36,028 nt of DNA from Cercozoa sp. M6MM (taxonomy: Eukaryota > Protista > Endomyxa: Ascetosporea), in NCBI GenBank assembly GCA_040357565.1, contig JBDODJ010000116.1; one strand, given 5' to 3'. Positions 1 through 12,209 of the stretch are shown here, in pieces; the first letter of the stretch is position 1; each line of letters starts with the position of its first letter. The translations under genes and the position numbers were made by a program. The notes beneath the pieces were generated by a model, which did not search any database, was not told the origin of the DNA, and saw nothing but the letters and a program-made list of their open reading frames with translations.

Positions 1-682
1 GCTACTGGAGGTATTGCCCCCCCCCCCCTTAAAGCCCTGATTATTTTAAGTCCTGATTACTTTAAGTCCTGATTACTTTAAGTCCTGATTACTTTAAAGT
101 CCTGATTAGCCCCTGATCGCCCCTTTAACTAGATTTTGCCCCTTAATTGTGTCTAGTAATCTGAAGGGCGCCAAGGGATTCTTCGCCTCGCTACGACAGC
201 ACGTGAGCGACGCGTTTGACCTGAGTGACGAGTTGGATGACCACAGTGATCATACTGATCACACTGATCATACGACCTCCTATCGCGATCAGTACCACAG
301 GTACGACGAGTTGTACCTGCGACTGCGAGTGTCACCCAGTGCGTCCGTTCAAGAGATTCGCTCGCGCTTCCACGCACTCGCGCTCCAGGTACTGTTTTTC
401 CTTTTTTCCAGAAGTGAGAAACGCTCGAGTCAATTTTTCCTGATGCTTTAGTATCACCCGGACGTACATGTCAACTCGTCGTCTGCGCAACGAGCTGCTG
501 CGTCGGAGCGCTTCAAGTCCGTTCTCGAGGTAACAATAGTTCTTTTGAGTTGAAAATCAAAAATTGAGTTGCAACAATGTTGTTGGAACAATCTCTTTTA
601 CGGCTCGACTGAACACCAGGCCTACCGAGTGTTGCGAAATCCTGCCAAGCGTGCTCGATACGACCGAACGGGACTTTACTGA
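1..682 (+). CDS. DnaJ/J-domain protein (C-terminal J domain), 5'-partial, spliced
   Basis: Introns 11-156, 389-451 and 530-619 (all GT-AG) give ...YWSNLKGAKGFF...LYLRLRVSPSASVQEIRSRFHALALQ|YHPDVHV...SERFKSVLE|AYRVLRNPAKRARYDRTGLY*. The HPD motif and J-domain helices are present. Stop TGA at 680-682. Confidence 0.9.
29..118 (+). repeat. 16-bp intronic minisatellite (TTAAGTCCTGATTACT, about 5 copies) after a poly-C run
   Basis: CCTGATTA recurs at 36, 52, 68, 84 and 101, inside intron 11-156. Confidence 0.9.
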
Positions 683-997
683 ACAGTGATTTTGCGTTCT
701 CGCCCAGACTGCGTGATCGATCTGACTAACGCTAACTGGTCTGTACTAGCGTAGTGTACAGCGCTCCCGTCCGGATCCTTGCGGCAAACAACCTTCAGTT
801 CACCTTTCAGCTCAGTTTCGTTACGTTAAGTTTAAGTTTAGAGCTCGCCCTTTGATTTTACAGCAGCGTTTCTTCAGTTTGGCGTCTTGAGTGGCTACAA
901 CAGTTGAAGTCAAAAGTAAGTTACGAGGCTCCCTGTAGATCTGCTACGACCACTGTTGCGTGTAGAAGGCTGCACCAGACTCCAGGCGCAGCTATCG

Positions 998-3060
998 ATG
1001 AGCGGGCCAGATGGACAGCCGATCCGAGGCGTGATGCTGAGCGAGGCGCTTCGTGGGGAAGGTGGCACCATGGAGCGTCATGGCACACAGCTGGGACTCG
1101 CGCTGTCTGGCAGAAAAGGACCGACAGGCAGTGGGTCGACTATACCCGTGTCAGGCTCCTCTCCCGTCAGTGCACTCGCCGAAGAAACTGAAGCTGAGCG
1201 CATTCGTCAGCAAGAAGCAGAACTCGCAAACTACGAAAAGAGCGTTCGTCTCGCGGAAGAGCAAAGAGATCGCTTCTTTCGACTCATTGATTCCGAAGCC
1301 GAAGCGCGGCGCATTGCTTCAGCGCAACTCCGAAGCAAGTGGCGAAAGGTGCTTTCCGAGATTCACAGTGCCGAAGCAGAAAAGAAGCTACAGGAACTCG
1401 AGTCGGATGCAGCACACGAGCACACGCGACGCGACACACTGTTCGAGCAGCTGTCGTTTGTTGCATCCGCTCTGGATGAGCAGACTTCTCGCATACAGTC
1501 TGCGCACGCACGCTTCGTCGCTCGCATGCAGGACATCAAGCGACTGCGTGCACGCGAGTTGGAGACGCAACTCGACCTGAGTGCCCGTGGCATCGATGCC
1601 ACCTACAGTGCCGCACGAGAGTCGGCGCGAAAGTCGCTCAACAGTGAGTTAAAAATCGTTCAGCTGGCGCACGAAGCCATCGCTCGTGCAGAACGAGCCG
1701 CGTTGGAAGAGCGAAAGAACGCCGACGAAACCGGCGTGGAAGAGTTGCGAAACCGGCATCTTGAAGAACTCAATGTTGTGAAAGTGCAGTTGCAGACGCA
1801 AATCCAAGAGATGGAACATCGCTTTGAGGTTGTGCATGCTTCCTACGTTGACAACACAGAAGAAAAAGCAGCTCACTACGTTCGCTTGCGCGACAAGGAC
1901 GCCGCCATGAACAAGCAGGTCACGAGTCTCATCACGCGTATCGAAGCGGCCGAAACTCGGCAGCGCGAGTGGCAGCAGCGCCTGGCGGCACTCCAAAGCG
2001 ACATCGGTGCTGCGAACTCGGTGCTACGAGGCCAGAAAGCACAGCTCCTCGAGAGGTATCGCATCTTGCGCCACGAGATGGAAAGCTTGACCTCGCAGCA
2101 GTCGGAGAAACTGGCCGATCTGTGCGAGTGGAGTTCTTCGTGTGTCGAACGAAACACCGAAATGCTTGATCTGTATCTTTGCTTCAGTATGAACTTTGCT
2201 TCAGTATGAACTTTGCTTCAGTATGAACTTTGCTTCAGTATGAACTTTGCTTCAGTATGAACTTTGCTTTTTCTATCTCGCACTGGCTTCATGAGCAGAG
2301 CGACAAAGATCCTGCAACTCGCCGAAGTGAACTCGCGACACCTGACAGCGAAAGAGAAGGCACAGCCCTTCTTCCGCAGTTCGCTCACTTCCGTGTCGCT
2401 TTCGCTGAGTGGCGGAGGCACAGGGACGACGGGCACGTTGCAGACTCTCGCTCTGAGGGAAGAAGAGACCGAAGAGAACGAGGAAGCGCCGGAAGAACAG
2501 TTGGCACCAGAACCTGTGGCCACAGCCAGCAGTTTGAAAACGCCTGCTTCCACTTCGCTGTCGCCGAAACGATCGAAGAAGAAACCGCGTGGTACTCCAG
2601 AATCTCTCTTGGAAAAGTAAACTTCCAGTGTGCTCGCAGTGGGAGCAAGTGGCAACTCGGACACGTCCGAGCAGCGTGCGATTGCAGAGCTCGCTACTGC
2701 TGCTGCTCAGATCGCGCCTCTGGAGAATCTGTTCAAGTTGCTCAACACGGTGCGACTCGACATCTGCTCGATCGAATCGATGAATGCGCAGCTACGCGAC
2801 GACAATGCGCAGCTCGAAACTCTCACGCGACAGCTCATGAGTAAAACAACCACCTCATCCATTTTCTGACGGTCTGTTATACGTGTGTCTCAGGCGACGT
2901 CACTGTGACCAAGTACACTTTGGATGCTCCGAACACTCTGCTCGTTGTCAACGGGCGCAGTAGTCTGCCGGCAGACGCAATGCGCTCGCCCAACGACTTT
3001 GTGCCCATGGTCGACGGGGTTGGACACCTGCGCGACACCAATAAGCAGCTTTTACAGTAA
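998..3060 (+). CDS. DRC2: Dynein regulatory complex subunit 2 (CCDC65-like coiled-coil flagellar protein)
   Basis: Introns 2173-2298, 2592-2639 and 2841-2893. Segments LRSKWRKVL, KILQLAEVNSRHLTAKEKAQPFF, LENLFKLLNTVRLD and C-terminal DVTVTKYTLDAPNTLLVVNGR match the DRC2/CCDC65 pattern (WRKIMR; ILKLAE..RKLETE.EKVLPF; NPLLVVN). The start ATG is uncertain. Confidence 0.85.
2177..2270 (+). repeat. 17-bp perfect tandem repeat CTTTGCTTCAGTATGAA x5 plus a partial copy, in DRC2 intron 1
   Basis: Copies start at 2177, 2194, 2211, 2228 and 2245, with a partial copy at 2262. Confidence 0.95.
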
Positions 3061-3102
3061 CACTGCGGAGGCTTTTTAAGTTGGATTGATACTCTAACTG
3101 TA

Positions 3103-3518
3103 CTACGCCACATCTCCTGTATCTTCGACGACGACCACCGCCGGGTGCTCATGGTAGATCTTAGATCTACAAGGATTGGCATACAACTGGAGCACGTTTG
3201 TTACCCACCAGCACTGAGCAATGTTGCCTCTAAACGCGGAGTGTAATCATGGCGATCTTCGGAGGATATGGGTCCCCATACCCAACTGCGGGAACACAAC
3301 GAACGTTCCGAACAACAATGGAATGACACAAGATCTTGGATAAAGTCAAAGTATGCGTTTGTGAACAGGATCTTGAGCTAATGTGTGGTTCTTTCAAACT
3401 CTGGAACTAAAATTCACAGTTCAGTTGGAGAGTTACAACAAGGCCCTTTCGACGAAGATACGGGTATCGCAAGTGAATTTACATCGTCAGCAACAATTCC
3501 GCCTCCGCTAGAAAACAT
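3103..3518 (-). CDS. Possible small spliced hypothetical protein (about 80 aa)
   Basis: GT-AG splicing can join MFSSGGGIVADD|FQSLKE...ILCHSIVVRNVRCVPAVG|GNIAQCWW|IYHEHPAVVVVEDTGDVA*. No domain recognised and the start is uncertain. Confidence 0.3.
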
Positions 3519-3773
3519 GGAAGAGAAGATCTCCGCTGTCTATTTTAACCAACAACTACTCGACTGGAACGTGTTATTGTAAAATCATAGCAGCTTCATC
3601 TGACCGTATCCGCGCGGAGTACTGAGACTCATTGCGTTCCAGCTGTGTCAGCTGTCAGTGAGTCGAGTCTACTCTAGGTCAGCTACAGACTCGTTGAAAT
3701 GACAGCGTCCGCGCCGAATAGCGGTGACTACACGAATGACGTCGTGATTCTCCGACGACAATTAAAATAGAAA

Positions 3774-6031
3774 CTAGACATCCTCAAACAGCGCGACGAG
3801 TTTGCGTGGTTTGACTGCGTTTCGCACTGGTCTGACCTCTGCGCAGGACGAAAAAATCTGCCTTCCAACATTTAGCTCATTGAAGAGACACATTGGTACC
3901 GTCGGTCGACGCATCGAGCAGATCACCGTCAACGAAATGACCTTCATACCTTCTGGTCTCTCTGTTAAGCAACACACTGGCAAAGTGCGGTGCACTTCTG
4001 CCAAAACAAAAAAGCTGTACTGGATAGGAGGCAGCACGACAGGCGAAGTCGGTGTTTGTGCCTGTGCGATCTGCAGAAAGCTACACTGCTGCACCTGTTG
4101 TATGCTCCAACTGCACAAACAAACAGATAACAAACCAATTCTTGCAAGTTTCACAATTCACACCAATTTTTACCGATCGCACGGATCACTGTGCGTCAAA
4201 TTCCGCAGCAACTCATAAAACTCATCGCTGTGCCTGCTTCCATTCAGTCGGTCGAATTAGCAGCTTTAAAAAAGCAAAAGCTACCTATGCAAGCCGTGAC
4301 GTGTCGTGTAGTTTCGCAAAACAGCGCATGTGTCACGCCTCAGTTCGTTCCCTGCGTTTTTGGGTGTTTAATGACTTGCCTTCCAGTTAAAGAAAGCGAG
4401 GATACACAGAGGTCCGTGAGAAGGCAGTGAACACGATGTTGTCGCCAATTGGAACAAGATCATTCCTGCACATTTGTTGAGTTGACAAAGAATGTATTCA
4501 AAACAAAAGAAGCGAAAAGCACCCAGTTGGAACATGTCGATTTTGAGTGCATGCGTCGTCGCAATGTTGCGTATTTGCTCAGGTGGCATGTAGGCTGCGT
4601 GCCCGTCTCCCAGCTCAAGCGGCGTCTGCAAAGCATACCGCGCTTCTCCTAGATCGCCGACCTAACCACACGATTCTTTCAATATTGGTTTAACAGACAA
4701 TGATTCAACAAACCAAAAGACGGCCGTCGAGGGTGACAAACACGTTTTCATCGCACAAGTCCATGTGTGCCCAGCTGTTTCGAACAATTGAAGTCAACCT
4801 TTGGAACAACAAAAAACTAGAGCAGAAACTGACCCGTGCGAATGCAGAGTTTTCACACCTCGAACAATGTCGCAAAACAATCGCGCAATCTGCAGTGTAT
4901 GTAAGTTTTACTTGAGAAAAGGAAACAATATGCCTCGAATAAACCAGTGAACCTGAGGTTCCGAAAGTGGTCGCGGTTGACTCTGAAGCAAGGATTTTAG
5001 TGTTCCTCTTTCGCACCTGTCAATTTCAGTTTTGGGCTCAGTCAAGTGAAGTTACAGTTTTAGTTGGTACCATTCGAACAGCATGAACAAAAAATCGCGT
5101 TCGATCCAAGTTTCGAGCATCCTGACGACCTGGGCAGAAGATAATTAAATCAACTTACAAAAGACAAGTCAAAGGAAACAGTACGCCATTGTGTTGTAGT
5201 TGCGGAGTGGTTGGGTTGTTGCTGGGACACTTGATTTGGCCCAAAGCTGCAGTGGATACACCGGAGATTTTACAGTTGAGAATCGCTTCTCGCATACACT
5301 CGCGACGACCGCGAAGGCGCTGATTTCGATTCAAATCATTCTTTCAAAGTTGAGAAAGTCGGGGAAACTGAACTGGCTAAATTTACATGCTTTCGAATCT
5401 TTGCGATTTTGCGTTGCGATGGATTTGACGAATTCGGTTCGACCACGAGAATCACATCGGCTACAACACAGGGAGATTTAGAAAGCAAACGAATCAGGAA
5501 GAAAGAAAGCTTTACCAATGGTTGAATGACTTCCAAGTGCGCCACAGATGCAAAAATCGCGCGCAAAGTTGCGTTGTCGTCGAGGGGGAGTCGTTGGTGC
5601 TTGCTTTCGCGTTGGAAGCACTGGAGACATCAGCGGTGACGGCAAAGCTACCGTTTCAACCTCGTCATCTTCCGGATCGCTGAGCACAGAGTGTAACTTA
5701 GAACAGAGAGTGCAATTCAACAAACGAACTGTAAAGTTGAGTCATTGAAGATGCGACTGGCTGAACTGAGCTTTGATGGGGTCGTTGGAGCCTGAACAAA
5801 ATAAATCGAAATGAACTGGAAGAAGCAGAGATTGCGATGTGAGAGGTCTACGAGTCGCCGTGGCGTTACAAAATGACGTCGTCCTCGATGGATAAAGCCT
5901 GTGGACCGACTCTGCTCACATACGACCAAAGTCGACTTCAGCTCGGAAAGAAAAATGGTCACCAAAAACAAATTGACCACTATCGGTGACGATTGTTCAA
6001 ATCCAGGTGGAATGGGTGTGCGTTGCGACAT
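3774..6031 (-). CDS. WEE1: Wee1/Myt1-family protein kinase, divergent (possible pseudokinase), multi-exon
   Basis: The spliced product has a TP/SP-rich N-terminus, then FARDF..GALGS, KIAK, REA, HMDLCDENVF, VGDLG, GDGHAAYMPPE, KIDMFQLG, LPSHGPLWNELRR and EFYELLRNLTHSDPCDR. HMD, GDLG and LP..G..W..LR are Wee1/Myt1 hallmarks. Confidence 0.75.
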
Positions 6032-6333
6032 TCAAGCAATCTGAGGGATTCTGAGCACATACAAGCTGCTCACGAAAGCTGATTTTGATTTTCTAAACCA
6101 AAAGGCGCCCACTTAAAAAAACGCAACATGGTCCAATTGGACAGTGATCTTGAATCCAGCATCCCCGCCAAAATAGCGCACTTGCACTAAAGGTTCGTCT
6201 TGAAGCATGGATGTGCTGCTTTTGACTCAGGCTGTGCCGTCCGCGGAGCATGCGGGCGATTCGGCACCGACCGTAAAATCAATATTGAAACTGAATTGAC
6301 TGAATTGACTTATTTTGAGAGATCATCGCATCG
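6032..6333. promoter_or_regulatory. Putative bidirectional promoter with a palindromic double CCAAT, an E2F-like site and CHR-like hexamers
   Basis: 302 bp between divergent ATGs. GTCCAATTGGAC at 6131-6142; TTTTGGCGGG on the - strand at 6164-6173; CTTGAA at 6149 and 6199. Confidence 0.45.
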
Positions 6334-9300
6334 ATGCCGCAGGACGATGCGCAGCTGTTCGACGGTGATGAGCCAACATCTCTGGTACTACCCCTTTTGG
6401 TGTTCTTGATTTCAGAAGTTTACAAACTGCAAACTGCAGAGCGAAAGTGCCTCGTTCATGTTGACTGGCCGTGTAAATTAACTTTCTGAGTTTCTCTCTG
6501 TTCTGGCTCGATAATGCTTAACTCGGTTGGCCTAAAGCAACGACGCCAAATGCGCGAATTAATGGCTTTCGTTCGGGATCAGTAAGTCTTCTTACTTTAA
6601 ATAAACGTATCAAGTACACAAACACTCCGCAGTTCGGCCGAAGAGTTATACGCTTACACTCGTCGTCGAATCACAGCAGGTCTCGCTGTGGCGCCGCTGT
6701 ATCGCGCCGTGTCGCGAACACTCGTATCATGTTTGCTTTATCCTTGTTTGACTGTGTTAACTGTGTCACAACGTGCAGACAGAAAGTGGCACAAACTTGC
6801 GTTTAATTCGCGCTGACAAAGCTCAGTGTACCGTTTAACATCCTGTTATACTGCTACAAAGAATTGCTTTTCTTGCAGTCAAAACAAAAGCACCGCGAGT
6901 TTGGTCCGTTGCCGCCCAGCTGTGCGATCGAAAAACTGCTCTCCAGGTATCGTTTCTTCGTTGCTCAACAGAGAGAAAAAAACTGGACTGTTTCAAAACA
7001 GCAAAAACGACGCAACGGCACAACTGACGAAGTTGGCGAAATTCAATGGACGCAACATGTACACGTAAGTCTTCTTTCCAAGTCTGGTCAACCTTGTGTC
7101 AAGCCAACACTGCAGGACGAGTCACCAGAAGTTCGAAAGGCGACGCAACTGCTCGTGAAGGAGCAACAGGCGGTCCAACACGTGCACTTGTGCAACGACA
7201 AGGCACTCGCGCTGTCAAAACTTGCCGTGAAGTGCGATTGCGCTCATCGCAGCGATCTGCACAGCGACGCTGTTCCTGTACATTTCAACTTTCTTCCCGT
7301 TTTCCAGCTTCAAGTTTTCCAACTTCAAGTTTCCAACTTCCTTCAAATTTCTCAATCTGCTTGAAGGACACCGAAGTCGACTTTGAGAACGACGTCGATG
7401 CTGACGACGTAAAGCGACACCAACTGACTGATGTTCCTGTGTGTGAGCCTTCCTTCTTTCGCAGGTGTTTCAAACGGTGTCGCAGCTGCAAATGCGAAAA
7501 GCGACGCGTCTCGAGTTTTTGCGCTTTTGTGTGGAACACATCACGGCCGAACTCGGGGCTGAAACAGGCGAAATCGACTGCACTGGCCGATCGCTTTCGG
7601 TCGTTGTGGCCGCTTTGCAGCGCCTGCCTGTTTCGGAAGTTGAGAGCACAGTGGAACAGATTTCAAATCGCCGGCTGCAAGCTGCCTCTTGTGATCGTAC
7701 ACCGAGTTTTCACTTTCTCTGGTTTAGATAGACACTCATGGGCGTACTTTAGATACTCCAATTCGCGTGGTGAACTTTGTGGAAGCCTTGTTAACTGAAT
7801 CCTCGGTTTTTGGTAGATAATCGCTTTTGTCCCATCCGCTGGTATGCTGATTTTGCTGTGTTGCAGAGAAAAATTGCGTCTTTCTTAACTTCATTGAGAA
7901 CTTTGTGCGTTCAACTGTTGGATTGACCTCTATTTAGTACTTTTGGGACTGGTGTGAACTCAGGTGTTTGGAACGGCGCGCTTCGTGTTCTTGCGAAACG
8001 AAAAGCCGCAAAAAATCTCGCTTTTCTTCATCACGCTCGGGTATTTCTTTCGGTTTGCTTTTGCTTTGTTTCATCGCTTCGAGGCTTTCCGTGCTTAGCA
8101 ATCTGGTGGACAAACTGCACACGCTACGAAGAAAGCGAGTTTATGGCAAAGGAGCACTTGTGTGGGTAATCTGATCAGCCCTCAGATCAATCAGCTTCTG
8201 AGCGGAAGCGGAAGATTGTATTTTATTATTCAAATGTATTTGAATGTACTTTACAGGCGCGCCACTGTGTGCTCCAGCTGCTGCGCTTTTGCGCTGAATT
8301 TTGCGTGAAACAACCCGAGGTCGCACCGACTGTTTTGGTACTAAACGCGATAAAACCTCCATCTGCTTGATTTCGATTGTTCACACAGAGCGGCGCGCTC
8401 GTGCAGTTGAGTGTCACGAAAAGCGGCGTGTCGCTCGCGTTGAAACAACATGCGGACCAAGCTGACATATGTCTTGGTAGCTTTTACCTACCCTATCGAG
8501 TGTTGAAGCATGGTGAAGTTGTGACTCCAGACGAAAGCGAAAGCGAGGAAATGCGAAGTGCGTTCAAACGAGTGAAGTTCGCGCTGCAGCTTTCGGTATA
8601 AAGCAGAACAACTGATTAATACAGCTTTAAGTGAAGAAAGCTTGACTGGATCTTTTTTTTTGAGAAAATAGCTTGATAGCTTTGAACAGTTTGGAGTGAA
8701 AACGCAGCTTGGATGAATGCAGGTGTGGCGAGGTGGAATCGCACAGAGCGCCAAGTGGTTTGCTTCGCTCTTGCAGTCGCAGTCGCAACAGTCAGAGTTG
8801 CTCGGTCCGGAAAACCGAGGCGAAGTCGATGCTTTCTTCGACACTGTCAAGCAGGTGTGTTTCTCCCGCTTTGACGAGAACTTAGAGTAAACACACACAC
8901 GTTGTTTAAAGGTTGCCTCGCACGTATCAACGTGGTCGCATCTGTCGCCCGTGTTTTGGCAGTGTGCGCTCCTGCTGCTTGGTTCATCTTTTTTATCTTC
9001 AGTTTTTGCGCTCAGCTCTACTTCTTTCTCCTTTTAATTTTGGACTTGTGAAAACAGACAAGTGTGCACCGTTGGGTGCTTTCTTCGTCGAACATGTGCC
9101 AGGTAGCTTAATTAGTCCTGTTGTGCCCTTCTATCTTACCTTGGATCACCCAGGTGATGTTGGCGACCTGGTGGATGCCTGTGTCACACGTTCTCATGAC
9201 GTTTTCGTCGCCTACGCGCGTGCTTTGCACTGCGCCATGCAGACTCGCACATGTATCCTCAGATGTATGTTGTCCAAACGGACGATTTAAACGATGGTAC

Positions 9301-12149
9301 AACAGGTCGAATCGCTCGTGTCACGAACGTGATGGACAACCTGGCGCCAGACCGACTCTTGTACATTTACCTTCAGTTCTCGTGTGAGTCGTCGTGTTTT
9401 GTTGAAGCATGTGCTGAGTTGTGTCCAGTTTGTTCATGCACGCGATTGCACCGTGGCTGCTGCGTGAAGATTCGGCGAAAGCAACGATTGTGTCGCATTT
9501 GTTCGAGCGTGCTCTCATGTACAGATTTCGCAGTTCGAGTCACAAAGCTGAAATGGCATACTTGAGTCGTCATAATACAGGAAGGAAGCCGAACAACACG
9601 TTGGCAGTGTTGTTGCGCTGCTCTTTGTCGCTCGCTGCACCAAGGACGCGCGTTGTAACTTTGACATGTTTTTGTCAGCGTTTCTCCGCGTTTCTTGTGT
9701 GCGTGACCTCAAAAGTAAAATATTCTTTTTTGTAGTGGAAAAACGCCTCCAAAGTCACATTTCGCGTATTCTGTTCTTCCGACGAGGCGATGCAGCCTGT
9801 GTGGTACACGGAATTCCTATGCATCGGGGAAGGGTGATTGCTTAACGCTGGAGTCTGGGTGGGCAGGTGTACACTGCACTGGAGCACTTCAGCAACGAAG
9901 ACGACTTGGTGGTCGATGCACTGTGGCAGCACTTCAAGTTCCTTCAGCACAACAACAACGACAATGCCGAAATTGGTGATCTTGGTGGTTTTCCTTTCGC
10001 TCTGCAGCGCGCCTTCCACTGGTCGGATCGAGGGTAGTTTTTTGCTGTTCTCTGTACAGCGTTGAAGTGTCGATTGAAAGTTTCATGTTTTTAGAGTGAG
10101 CGATGCCATTCGAGACGACTGGGGTCGGTTCTTGTCAGTGTGGTAAGCCCTTTTTAACGTTCGATCGCTTGATTTCTGATCAATGTTCACTGACTAAATA
10201 GTGCACAAATCCCCAATGAGAAAACCAAGAAATTCACGCGTCTCGTATTGACGGAACTTTCGCAGCTTCGCACAGACGCGCTCGTCAATGCTGCGCGTCT
10301 GTTCTGTTCGCACCCTGATGCCGTACCTGTTTTTCCGTTTATGGAACCCGTGTCGGTTTATGATATTTGTGTGCAGAAAGTTGCTCTGCTGCGACTGAAA
10401 GCAGTTAATTTTGCGTTTCACAATGTCTTCACTGCCGCTATGGTATCGTGTCACTTGCTTTCTTGCTTCAATGCTAACGTTAAGTTGCAAAAGGATGCTT
10501 CAACGTTCGAACATCTCGAACTCGACAACAGTTTGTTGGACGAGTTGAGCAAGAAACGCAGCGACGTCGACGAGACTCTCGGTGCTGTTGTCGACGCTTT
10601 CGCCGTAACTGTTCAGTTGCCTGGCCTTTTTGAATGCATTGATTACGCTTGGTTTTTGGTTCAAGCAGAGAAAGAAACGCCGACGAAAGCCGCGAAAGAA
10701 GAAAGCGAGCGACAGCGGCAACGAAAACAGCGACAACGACGAAAAATACGCCGAAAACGACAAAGCCAATGAAAAAGTGGCCGAAAACGAAGACGATGAT
10801 GACGAGGAATTTGAGGGCCAAGATGAGTGAGTTTAAACTCTCTTGTTCAACCAAGTTTGTCCGAACCACATTGTTTTCATAACTTTGCTTGGACAAGTTT
10901 GTTCATCTTCTAATTTTATAGTTGGCCCGTCCAAGAAAGTGGATACGGCTGGCGAACAGCATTGCTGTCGTTGCGAGTGGCTGCGCATTTGCTGTCGCTT
11001 TCGCTGCTCGAAGTTCCGGATTTTGAGGTTTTTAACTTTGTTTCGTTGAGGTATTTTGCCTTTTTGTTTTTCGTATTCTTCCGCGCGCAGGCGATCGAAC
11101 TGGAAGAACGCGTCAAGAAGCTTTTCTTGCTCTCACGTGCCAAAAGCAAACTGTCAGTTGTTTCTTAAACGCTGGTGACTTGTGAGATGCGACTGAATGC
11201 GAACTTAGATCGCCGTTGCAACAACTGGACAACTGTTTGCGTGATGCTGCGCTTTGTAAGCTTTTTTGAGTGAAAGCTTTTCGTGTTTCAAATGTTTGCT
11301 ACTGTTCCCAGCCCCGCAGTTCCTGCTGACGGATACTCCAACTGATGAGTACGGTCTTCACTCGTTCGTGTGTCATTTTGTGTGATGATATTAATTTTGA
11401 CTTGCAGAGTGAAGACACTGCAGTCGCTCGTGCATGCAACCAGGACTACGCTGCGCGAGTCCTTGCAGCAGGCGCAACAACTTTCCAAAAGCGCAGACGA
11501 CGAAAATGATGATAACAAAGGTGCTCTTGTTTTTTGTTTTCGGGTTTTTCAATTTCAGCAATCTTGTTTCGAACAGAAGAAGAAAGCAGCGAAACCCTGT
11601 GGCAGAAAATCGAGCTTTGCGCAGAAGTTCTCGTGTTTAGTTATGAGGTACTTTTGCTCTCTTTTGTTTTTGTGTTCATTCGCGAAATAAGCGAAACAGA
11701 AACTGCGCAAGTACGGTCACGAACCCGTCGTGCACGATGAACACTTTGGACGCGAACTTGCCTTCTTTTACATGGTAACAAATGAGGGGTACAATGAAGG
11801 GTACAAATGAAGAGTATAAATGGACGGTGCGAGTATGTGTGTACGTTGCAAGTAGCAACTGAAACAGTGTGTGGCAATGAAACCCGAGTCGAACACGTGT
11901 ACGCTACTGTTGCGTGTGTTGCGACTGCTAACGCCGCCGCCAGAGGCGCGATCGCAGCGACAGAAGTGGAAGCACGAGACGCGCGTGGCTTCTACGCTGG
12001 AACAGTTGCGAAAGTTTATGCGTTTGTGTGGTACGCTAGCTTTGACGGTCCTTGCACCTTTGGCACAGCAGTTTTTTTGTTTTTGTCCTGTAGGCAAGAA
12101 CAAGCGTCTGCAGTACCAGTCGAACACGTATCATTCCGCAAGGACACAA

Positions 12150-12209
<60 letters not shown>

